Shown piece after piece: positions 1 to 7,082 of a stretch of DNA of 28,876 nt. Origin of the DNA: Candidatus Omnitrophota bacterium (lineage in GTDB: Bacteria; Omnitrophota; Gorgyraeia; JACQQV01); NCBI GenBank assembly GCA_043823025.1, contig JBDRBD010000042.1:1-28876 (forward strand), read 5' to 3'. The notes under the pieces were generated by a model. That model was not told the DNA's origin. It did not search any database and saw nothing but the letters and a program-made list of their open reading frames with translations. Numbering within the stretch: the stretch's first letter is position 1; each line of letters starts with the position of its first letter. Position numbers and translations under genes: made by a program.

Positions 1-1
1 T

Positions 2-892
2 ATGCTTGCCGCGCCGTTCCAGATTGAATCCGCGAAAGACGGCAAGGGCAAGCGGCATTTCGGTCGCCACATGGGCCATCTCCCGGAGGAGGCCGAGGTT
101 GATCTTCGGAAGTTTGTGGACTTCGTTGATGAACTGGGATGCAAGATCCGGGTTCCCCACGGAGAACTTGGCATCCATGAGGATGATAAGATGGATTAAT
201 TCCGCTTCCTTGAAAGCCATTTCGCGGAGCCGCTTCTTCCATTCGTCCAATGTCCAGCGCCAATCCGCATTCGATGCCATCACGTCGCCGTGACACGGCG
301 CGAATCCGATCTTCTCAAGCGTCTTGACGAGCTGTCTGGAAAAGGTCTGGAAGTAGTCTTTGTCCCGCGGGGATTCGTAGACAAGAAGATTGTCCTGGTC
401 GGTCATCAGGGTTTGTTCCTCCCGGCCCGAACTCCCCATCCGGATCCAGGCATAAAGACCCCGCGGCGCCATTTTTTCCCTGCGGAGCTGTTCCTCGACG
501 AGCCGCGCGGCCTGTTCCGTGAGGAGGTCGTAGTGCTGCGTGCAGAGCTCGTGGAGCTCCGTGACCGCATACGTTTTTTGGAAGAGCTTGCCGGTGATCT
601 GAGTCAGCTTTTGACGGATCAACGCCAGTTCCTGGATGGTCGTTGCCAGACGGATCCGCTCAAACTCGACCCCATAGGCGCGCCGCAGGTGACGGATCTC
701 TTTAAGTTCCCGCTCGGTAAATTCCCCGAGCCGCTCCAGGAAGGTATAGCGGACATAGCCGGGGAGTTCCTCGAACATTTCATCGTAAATCTCGATGAAA
801 TACTGGAGCAGGGTGCCAATCCAGAGCTCGCGGCCCCTTTCCCCCGGGAAAAACTTAATCAGCCGGTTGATTTCACGGAATTTATTTTCCAT
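2..892 (-). CDS. DUF294 putative nucleotidyltransferase (GlnD/GlnE-like NTase fold); partial, 3' end runs off the window
   Basis: My translation from ATG at 892 is open to the window edge: MENKFREINRLIKFFPGERG...WIRMGSSGREEQTLMTDQDNLLVY...GFAPCHGDVMASNADWRWTLDEWKKR...LIILMDAKF. GSxGRxEQTxxTDQDN and GxxxCxGxxMASNxxW are DUF294 signatures. Not in the supplied ORF track. Confidence 0.9.
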   Translation of the reverse strand, partial: MENKFREINRLIKFFPGERGRELWIGTLLQYFIEIYDEMFEELPGYVRYTFLERLGEFTERELKEIRHLRRAYGVEFERIRLATTIQELALIRQKLTQITGKLFQKTYAVTELHELCTQHYDLLTEQAARLVEEQLRREKMAPRGLYAWIRMGSSGREEQTLMTDQDNLLVYESPRDKDYFQTFSRQLVKTLEKIGFAPCHGDVMASNADWRWTLDEWKKRLREMAFKEAELIHLIILMDAKFSVGNPDLASQFINEVHKLPKINLGLLREMAHVATEMPLALAVFRGFNLERRGKH

Positions 893-901
893 TAGGGACT
901 C

Positions 902-910
902 ATTGTAACA
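902..910 (-). promoter_or_regulatory. Extended -10 element (TGnTACAAT) for the DUF294 gene
   Basis: The minus strand reads TGT-TACAAT at 910-902, then 9 nt, then ATG at 892. No clear -35 or SD. Confidence 0.55.
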
Positions 911-925
911 CAAGTTGAATTCGGG

Positions 926-1034
926 AACCAGAAACCAGTAACCAGATGTCAGAGCCAAAAAACCTAAAAGCAGAGAATGAGAGAGTGGGCGTGTGGGAGA
1001 ATGGGTAATCATAGATCAGCAACCAGCAACTGGT
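926..1034. repeat. Short degenerate tandem repeats in the divergent intergenic region
   Basis: AACCAG x3 with 7-nt period (926, 933, 940). Four 8-mers GAGAATGA/GAGAGTGG/GCGTGTGG/GAGAATGG (973-1004). CAGCAAC x2 (1017-1030). Confidence 0.6.
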
Positions 1035-1057
1035 GACTTTCTAACCTCTTTCGTTGC

Positions 1058-1086
1058 TTGACTTTATCATAACATTGTGCTATAAT
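1058..1086 (+). promoter_or_regulatory. sigma70-type promoter of the polysaccharide export genes
   Basis: TTGACT (1058-1063), 17-nt spacer, TATAAT (1081-1086), with an extended -10 TG at 1078-1079. Confidence 0.85.
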
Positions 1087-1100
1087 TCAAAACATATCAG

Positions 1101-2315
1101 ATGACGAACTTTGCAACACCCTTACAGATGAGGGGAAGGGGGACTTTTTTTACCCTCGGGCTTTCCTTGTTTCTCCTTCTCGTAGAGACGCCTAATGCCG
1201 TTGGGGCTCTCGTGGACTTAGAGGCTCCTGCCTACCGCAATCGCGGCTACCAAGCCCAGCAGAGAGGCCAGTGGACAGTGGCGCTCAAATATTATCAGAA
1301 GGCCGTCGCGCTCGATCCTTATTACGCCACTCCTTACAATGATCTCGGAATCGTCTACGAAAAGCAGGGAGAATTCGGCAAGGCGGAAGGGGCCTATCTC
1401 AAGGCGATTTCCGTCGATCCCCGGTACCTGGATGCCTATGCCAATCTGGCGCTCCTGTATGAACGGACCGGCAAAATCGAGAAAGCCGTTGACTACTGGG
1501 AAAAACGAGTGGCCTACGGACATCCCAATGATCCCTGGACGCGGAAGGCCATGGAGCGGCTGAGCCTTCTTGAAAAAGGCGAAGTATCGGTTTCCTATCC
1601 GGTGTCTCCGGCTCAGAAGATTCCGACGCGGCGCACCACCTTTATTGGGGAAGAACCCTGGGCCGGACTCCCCTATCCGGAAAAGTCCTTCACCGCACCG
1701 GAAGCGCCGAGCGAATATGAAGAGTACGGTGCAGTTCCCGCCGAACTTCAGTATATCATCGGGCCGAGCGATAAACTGCGGATCGCCGTTTGGAGACATA
1801 GCGACTTGGATATGACGGTGACGGTGAGATCCGACGGACGCATTTCCTATCCGCTCGTGGATGACCTTTATGTCAGCGGATTGACGCCGCAGCAACTCGA
1901 CGATGAATTGACAGGCCGGCTTGCGGCGACGCTCCGTAACCCCCAGGTTACGGTGATCATCGAAGAATTCAACAGCAAAGCGGTCTATGTGCTTGGCGAA
2001 GTCAAAAAACCGGGCCGTTATCTTCTGATGCGACCACAGACCGCAACCGAAATCCTCGCGCAGGCGGGGCAATGGCAGGATAGTGCGGTTTTGACGAGCG
2101 TCATGGTGGTCCGACGCAGCTGGACCAAGTCGCCCAAGGTCTACCGGTTAAACCTGATGAAAGTGGTGAAACGAGGAGACGCTTCCGGAGACATGGTACT
2201 GCAGGATGGGGACGTGGTTTTTGTCCCAAGAAATTTTGTGAAAAAACTGGATAATTTTCTTTCGTTCTTCTCAAAGCACGTTTTCGTTCGATTCAGCTCT
2301 GTCCAAGTCGATTAA
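1101..2315 (+). CDS. wza: TPR-repeat + polysaccharide export (OPX/Wza-like, Poly_export + SLBB) fusion protein
   Basis: Signal-peptide-like N-terminus. TPR repeats (ALKYYQKAVALDPYYATPYNDLGIVY; AYLKAISVDPRYLDAYANLALLY). Poly_export motif YIIGPSDKLRIAVW...DGRISYPLVD...GLTPQQL. SLBB VYVLGEVKKPGRY. C-terminal LQDGDVVFVP. Alternative in-frame ATG at 1128. Confidence 0.88.
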   Translation: MTNFATPLQMRGRGTFFTLGLSLFLLLVETPNAVGALVDLEAPAYRNRGYQAQQRGQWTVALKYYQKAVALDPYYATPYNDLGIVYEKQGEFGKAEGAYLKAISVDPRYLDAYANLALLYERTGKIEKAVDYWEKRVAYGHPNDPWTRKAMERLSLLEKGEVSVSYPVSPAQKIPTRRTTFIGEEPWAGLPYPEKSFTAPEAPSEYEEYGAVPAELQYIIGPSDKLRIAVWRHSDLDMTVTVRSDGRISYPLVDDLYVSGLTPQQLDDELTGRLAATLRNPQVTVIIEEFNSKAVYVLGEVKKPGRYLLMRPQTATEILAQAGQWQDSAVLTSVMVVRRSWTKSPKVYRLNLMKVVKRGDASGDMVLQDGDVVFVPRNFVKKLDNFLSFFSKHVFVRFSSVQVD

Positions 2316-2332
2316 GAAGGCCTTTTAACACA

Positions 2333-3808
2333 ATGGAAGTCAAAACCAGTTTCCGGGATTTGCTTCAGGTTCTTTTTTATCGGAAGAATCTCATCTTCAC
2401 CCTTTTTGTGACGGTTGTGTTGGGGACGGGGATTGCGACGATGCTGACAACGCCCATCTATGAATCCTCCTCCACGCTTCTCATCGAGAAAGAGCCGAAT
2501 CTCCCCGGCACCGTTCAGAATGCGCAGCAGATTACCCTTCCCCCCCTTCTCTCAACGGCCCAGGAAGCGGCAGAGATGGCCAGGACCCAAAGCGAAATCA
2601 TCAAGAGCCGCGTGGTGCTTCGGAAGGCCCTCGAACACCTGAAGCTGGCCGAGGGGCCAGAGCGGGAGGTGGTGCTGAGAGTGGCTGAATTGCAAAAACG
2701 GATTACTGTGACGCCGGTGCAGGATACGACGGACCTCATCCAAATCCGCGTGCAGCATCCCATTCCCCAGACCGCGGCAGACATGTCCAATGCGGCGGCC
2801 AAAGCTTATGTGGAATGGTATATCGAACGGAAAAAGGGCAAGGCGAGCGAAGCGGTCGCTTATCTTAATAAACAGCTGGCCGAGCTTGGAAAGGAACTGG
2901 ACGCCGTTGAGTCACAACTTCTGGCCTTGAAGGAGGAAGGGGGGCTTGTGTCGGTTGAGGAGCAGATCCGGACCGCGCTCGCCAGACTTTCGGAATTCGA
3001 GGCCGAACGTCGGAAAGCGCTTGCACAGGAAGAGGAAAACAAGACAAAACTCACCAAGATTCGAGCCCAGCTCACCAACCCCGACGAGACGCTTCTGGCC
3101 GCCAGCCGCACCGCTTCCGACCCGTATGTCGAGACCCTGCGCCGGAAAATACTCGACCTTGAATTTCAACTCTCGACCCTGAAGGGGAGTTATACGGATG
3201 AAAGCGGGCCGGTACTGCAGTTGAAGCAGGAACTCGAGGCCGGGAAGGACCTCCTGAACAAAGCGCAGTTGCAGGAAACAGCCCCTGAGTTTTCCGGCAA
3301 CAATCCAATTTATCAGAGTTTGGTCAGCGAGCTTGTTTCCCTCGAAGTGGAACAGGAGGCCGTTCGGGTCCGTAAGGAATACATCGAGAGATATCTTGAA
3401 GAATACCGCTCCCAAGTGGCGGATTTGGCGGAGAAAGAGAAAGAATATAATTACCTAATGCGCCAGATCCAGGCTAAGGAGAATCTTTATATGCTCTTGC
3501 AAAACCGGAGGGAAGAGGCGGCTACTGCGGAGTCGCTGAAGGAGGAAGGGATTACGACGGTGATGCTTCTGGACCCGGCCGAACCTTCCCAACATCCCAT
3601 TTATCCCAATCCCGTCACGAATCTTTTATTGGGATGTGCGGTCGGGCTTATCACGGGGATCGGCACCGCATCGCTTGTAGAGTATTTTGATCATTCGCTG
3701 AAGGGCGTTGATGATGTTGAGCGGCACCTGGGACTCTCGGTGTTGGGGACTATTCCCCGCGGCCCCTCGGGCAAATTCGGAAGGAAAAAGAAACAACAGG
3801 GGATTTAA
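2333..3808 (+). CDS. Polysaccharide co-polymerase / chain-length determinant (GumC/Wzc N-terminal-like, kinase encoded separately)
   Basis: N-terminal TM followed by PIYESSSTLLI, EIIKSRVV, a long coiled-coil periplasmic region, LLDPAEPSQHPIYP, a second TM and VERHLGLSVLGTIP. Confidence 0.92.
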   Translation: MEVKTSFRDLLQVLFYRKNLIFTLFVTVVLGTGIATMLTTPIYESSSTLLIEKEPNLPGTVQNAQQITLPPLLSTAQEAAEMARTQSEIIKSRVVLRKALEHLKLAEGPEREVVLRVAELQKRITVTPVQDTTDLIQIRVQHPIPQTAADMSNAAAKAYVEWYIERKKGKASEAVAYLNKQLAELGKELDAVESQLLALKEEGGLVSVEEQIRTALARLSEFEAERRKALAQEEENKTKLTKIRAQLTNPDETLLAASRTASDPYVETLRRKILDLEFQLSTLKGSYTDESGPVLQLKQELEAGKDLLNKAQLQETAPEFSGNNPIYQSLVSELVSLEVEQEAVRVRKEYIERYLEEYRSQVADLAEKEKEYNYLMRQIQAKENLYMLLQNRREEAATAESLKEEGITTVMLLDPAEPSQHPIYPNPVTNLLLGCAVGLITGIGTASLVEYFDHSLKGVDDVERHLGLSVLGTIPRGPSGKFGRKKKQQGI

Positions 3809-3813
3809 GACGT

Positions 3814-4572
3814 ATGGGAAAAATTGACGACGCCTTACAAAAAGCGGGAGGCAACTTGGAAAAGGGGAAGGCTGATCTCCCCCCAGTTCCGAGCGGATTC
3901 GTTACGGATTACGGTTATCCCATTGCGGATTTCGCAAATCCTAATTCTCCCCCGGCAGAATCGTATCGCACCCTGCGGACCAATATCCAGCGCACCTGTC
4001 AATCGCGGTATCTTCATACTCTCCTTGTTGCGGGCGCCTCGCGGGGGGAGGGGCGGACGCAGACGATTGCCAATCTTGCGGTGATTTTTTCCGCCCTGGA
4101 AGGAAATAAAACCCTCTTGGTCGATGCGGACCTCCGCAATCCCAGACTTCACGAAATCTTCGGAGTGGAGGAAGGCCCGGGTCTTGCGGACCTGTTGCAC
4201 GGCGCCGCGACGTTGGATGCGGTCATCCGGCCTACCCGAATCGGGAATTTGAAGGTCATCCCAAGCGGACGCACGGTGAAGGGCTCTGCAGAGCTTTTCC
4301 ACTCGCCCCGATTTGGCGAGATGATTGAGACGTTGAAATTGCAGCACGATATCCTTCTCTTTGATTCGCCTCCGGTCATCCCGTATACGGATGCCGTCAT
4401 CCTTGCCAACCACGTGGAAGGCATCATTCTCGTCGTGAAAGCGCGGGAGACACGCCGCGAGGTCGTCCATCGGGCCAAGATGCTTCTGAACCAATCCCAG
4501 GACAAATTCGTGGGGGTCGTTTTGAATAGTATGGAGTATGTCATCCCGCGGCCCATTTATGAAAAGTTGTAG
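3814..4572 (+). CDS. CpsD/CapB-family BY-kinase (Walker A lysine replaced by arginine)
   Basis: AESYRTLRTNI; Walker A-like GASRGEGRT; Walker A' LLVDADLRNP; Walker B ILLFDSPP; YTDAVIL; GVVLN. Confidence 0.92.
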   Translation: MGKIDDALQKAGGNLEKGKADLPPVPSGFVTDYGYPIADFANPNSPPAESYRTLRTNIQRTCQSRYLHTLLVAGASRGEGRTQTIANLAVIFSALEGNKTLLVDADLRNPRLHEIFGVEEGPGLADLLHGAATLDAVIRPTRIGNLKVIPSGRTVKGSAELFHSPRFGEMIETLKLQHDILLFDSPPVIPYTDAVILANHVEGIILVVKARETRREVVHRAKMLLNQSQDKFVGVVLNSMEYVIPRPIYEKL

Positions 4573-4617
4573 CGACGAGACCAGGTGTCCATTCGTTACT
4601 TAGACAAGACAGCTGTA

Positions 4618-4664
4618 TTAAGGGAGAGAGATTCGGGAAGAATCTCGCTCCCTTAATTTTATTT
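4618..4664 (+). terminator. Probable intrinsic terminator after the export genes
   Basis: Stem TTAAGGGAG-A-GAGATTC / loop GGGAA / GAATCTC-G-CTCCCTTAA (4618-4656), followed by TTTTATTT. Confidence 0.75.
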
Positions 4665-4666
4665 GA

Positions 4667-4710
4667 GCGCGTGACTTACGGAGCCCTCCGGGCAAGGTAA
4701 GTCACTGTGC
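4667..4710 (+). other. Second stem-loop with a purine internal loop
   Basis: GTGACTTAC (4671-4679) pairs with GTAAGTCAC (4697-4705), enclosing a GGA/AAG internal loop and GCCC-TCC-GGGC. No U-tract follows. Confidence 0.6.
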
Positions 4711-4792
4711 GAAAATAATCCGCCGAAGCCCATCCTTTTCTCTTCTTTGAAGATGCTTAGGGCGTAGGAGGATAAACGGTTCGAGTCGACCC

Positions 4793-6226
4793 ATGACAAT
4801 GCACGCCGTCTCTTGGTGGCGAGTAGGCCGAAACATGGCCTCTCTTTCGCTGCGAGAGTTCATCAACAAAGGCGCTTACCTTCTCCTCGGGATTGCGATT
4901 GCACGAGGGATGGGGAGGGAGGCGTTCGGGACTTACGCGTTGAGCCTTCTTCTCCCCCGAAGTTTTTTTACGATTGCCGATCTCGGCTTTGGGACATGGC
5001 TGGTGCGCGAAGTCTCCCAGGCGCGCAGCGAGGCGGGCCGTTATTTCGGAACCATCGGCGTTTATCGGATTCTGAGCGGGATCTGCGCAATTTTGTGTTT
5101 GTGGGTGTTTGTGGCTCTCGCCCGCTACCATCCTTTGCTTCAGCGGTCTATTCTTTTGAGCGGAGGGGCTTTTTTCTTTCTTCACCTGGCAAGCTTCGTT
5201 TTCAATTTTTTCCGGGCGTTTGAGCAGATGGAGTGTGAATTGCAGGTAAGCGCCGTCCGAAGCGTCCTCTTGCTCGGCGGAGGGTTGTGGGCCATTCTGT
5301 CGGCAAAGTCGCTCGTCCTGTTTTTCTATTTCTTTATTGCGGCAAGTGTCCTATCGTTCATGGTTGCGCTTTTCTTGTACCAGCGGCGGATCGGATGGAG
5401 CGGCCTTCGCTGGGCGCCGATGGCGCTCGAAGGGGTTTTGTCCATCTGGCTGATTCAGAGCGTCGTGATGGTGTATCTTTATCTGACGACAGTGCTTCTT
5501 TCATTTTTCAGGGGGATTGCCGAAGTGGGGCTTTATCAGGCGGCCTATAGCTTCGTTGAAATCATCCTGATTTTCTCGACGATCCTCACCACCGCCCTTT
5601 TCCCGGTTTTTTCAAGACTCGCGAAGGGTCCTCGGGAGGAGCTTCTTGTCTTTTATGACGAGGCCTTCCACGGCGTTCTTTTCTTCTCGGTGCCTTTGGG
5701 GGTGTTGGCCCTTTTCGGCGGGGAAACGCTTTTGATGCTTTTCTACGGAGCTTCTTTTCGTCAGGCCCTTCCCGCGCTGTATGTCCTCCTTTCGGGGTTT
5801 CTATTTTTCGTCTTCGGCGGACTCAACAGTCATCTGTTGGTTGCCATGGGGAAGGAAAAAATCGTTTTGGGAGTAGTTGCCGCCTGCACGGTGTTCAATC
5901 TTATCTTGAATTTTCTGGTAATCCCCCGTTTTGGATTTATGGGCGCCAGCCTTGTCACGTTCTTTTCTGAAATGTTGATATTTATCCTGATGCTCCATTG
6001 GATCGCGAAGAGCTTCAAGTCCCCTGATTTTTTGCGGGGCTCGTCGGTCCTTTGGATGGGTGCGGCCTGGATGTTTCTCTTGGCGCCTTTTTTCCGGTAT
6101 CCCTTCTGGGCGCTATCTTCTCTCGGGCTCATTTTTTATGGAGTCCTGGCGTTCCTCCTCCGCCGGCATTTATCGAAGGAACTCCGGGCGGCAAGGGACG
6201 TTTGGAAGGAATTGCGTGAACGGTAA
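4793..6226 (+). CDS. wzx: Wzx-type oligosaccharide/polysaccharide flippase
   Basis: About 477 aa, hydrophobic throughout. MGREAFGTYALS, IADLGFGTWLVREVS, AEVGLYQAAYSF, ALFPVFSRL, LNFLVIPRFGFMGASLVTFFSE. Start is uncertain (4793/4799/4835). Confidence 0.92.
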   Translation: MTMHAVSWWRVGRNMASLSLREFINKGAYLLLGIAIARGMGREAFGTYALSLLLPRSFFTIADLGFGTWLVREVSQARSEAGRYFGTIGVYRILSGICAILCLWVFVALARYHPLLQRSILLSGGAFFFLHLASFVFNFFRAFEQMECELQVSAVRSVLLLGGGLWAILSAKSLVLFFYFFIAASVLSFMVALFLYQRRIGWSGLRWAPMALEGVLSIWLIQSVVMVYLYLTTVLLSFFRGIAEVGLYQAAYSFVEIILIFSTILTTALFPVFSRLAKGPREELLVFYDEAFHGVLFFSVPLGVLALFGGETLLMLFYGASFRQALPALYVLLSGFLFFVFGGLNSHLLVAMGKEKIVLGVVAACTVFNLILNFLVIPRFGFMGASLVTFFSEMLIFILMLHWIAKSFKSPDFLRGSSVLWMGAAWMFLLAPFFRYPFWALSSLGLIFYGVLAFLLRRHLSKELRAARDVWKELRER

Positions 6227-7082
6227 CGTTCCATGTCCACTCTGCAAAGAGGCAGCCCCTTTTTCGCCGCGCTATGTCTTGCACGACAAAACGGTTCACT
6301 GGTGCCGCTTCTGCGGTTGTTTTTATATCAAGTTTTTTCCGGGGAAAAGCGGCCTTGCGCATGCGGGCCGTGATGCGGCGTCGGCGTTTCAAGAGAAGTA
6401 TTTCGCGAGTTTCTATGCGCTTCGGGCAAAAAGTTTTGCGCGGGCCCTGGAAATGCTGAAGGTTCTGAGCCGCCAGGGGAAACTCCTGGACCTTGGGACA
6501 GGACTTGGGTTTTTCCTGGAGCAGGCCCGAAGCGCCGGCTGGCAGGCAGAGGGACTTGAATTTTCAGAGGAACGTGCCGCTTATGCACAGAACCGGCTGG
6601 GGTTTCCCATTCATGTCGGAACCGTGGAGGAGGCCTCCCTTCGGGAGGGCACCTACGATGTGGTCACGTTGTGGGATGTCCTGGAACATCTCCCGAATCC
6701 GAAACAAACGCTTCTTCGAATCCGCGCATTGCTTGTCCCGGGAGGGTGCCTTGTGATTCGAACTCCGGTCTGCGACAGTCTGCTGCCGTGGCTCGTTCGG
6801 ACGCTTTACCGGGTGAGTTTCGGAAAATTCCGCTTCGGATTGGAAAAACTTTTTGAAGAGCACCTGTTTCATTTCAGCGAGAAGGGACTTTCCCGGCTTC
6901 TGAGTTCCTGCGGGTTCCGTCTCCTCCGGAGTTATCGTGAGGATTATATCGATCCCAACGCCCTTCGGCAGAAAGACTGGGTCCGGAACGGCCTGGTGCG
7001 CTTGGGCGTCGGAGTGATTATTGGTTTCTCCCATTGGATCCGCCGACAGGACGAGGTGGTGGTGTATGCCGAATCGGCCTAA
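6216..7082 (+). CDS. Class I SAM-dependent methyltransferase with an N-terminal Zn-ribbon
   Basis: GTG at 6216 with GGAAGGA SD, overlapping the wzx stop. CPLC...CRFCG; SAM motif LLDLGTGLG; DVVTLWDVLEH; C-terminal EEHLFHFS. Confidence 0.88.
   Translation: MNGNVPCPLCKEAAPFSPRYVLHDKTVHWCRFCGCFYIKFFPGKSGLAHAGRDAASAFQEKYFASFYALRAKSFARALEMLKVLSRQGKLLDLGTGLGFFLEQARSAGWQAEGLEFSEERAAYAQNRLGFPIHVGTVEEASLREGTYDVVTLWDVLEHLPNPKQTLLRIRALLVPGGCLVIRTPVCDSLLPWLVRTLYRVSFGKFRFGLEKLFEEHLFHFSEKGLSRLLSSCGFRLLRSYREDYIDPNALRQKDWVRNGLVRLGVGVIIGFSHWIRRQDEVVVYAESA

Noticed and set aside
290-895. 201-aa + strand ORF (and the small + ORFs at 2-293)
   Set aside because: Antisense shadow of the minus-strand DUF294 gene, which has clear family motifs; this ORF has none.
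4746-4775. Putative promoter TTGAAG...GATAAA before wzx
   Set aside because: The -10 lacks the conserved T at positions 1 and 6; too weak to call.
6060-6215. Upstream-extended starts in the ORF track (6060, 7021, 9668, 13183, 15006, 21838, 23099, 27192)
   Set aside because: They create long overlaps with upstream genes. Downstream starts with an SD or stop/start coupling, or right after the promoter, fit better.
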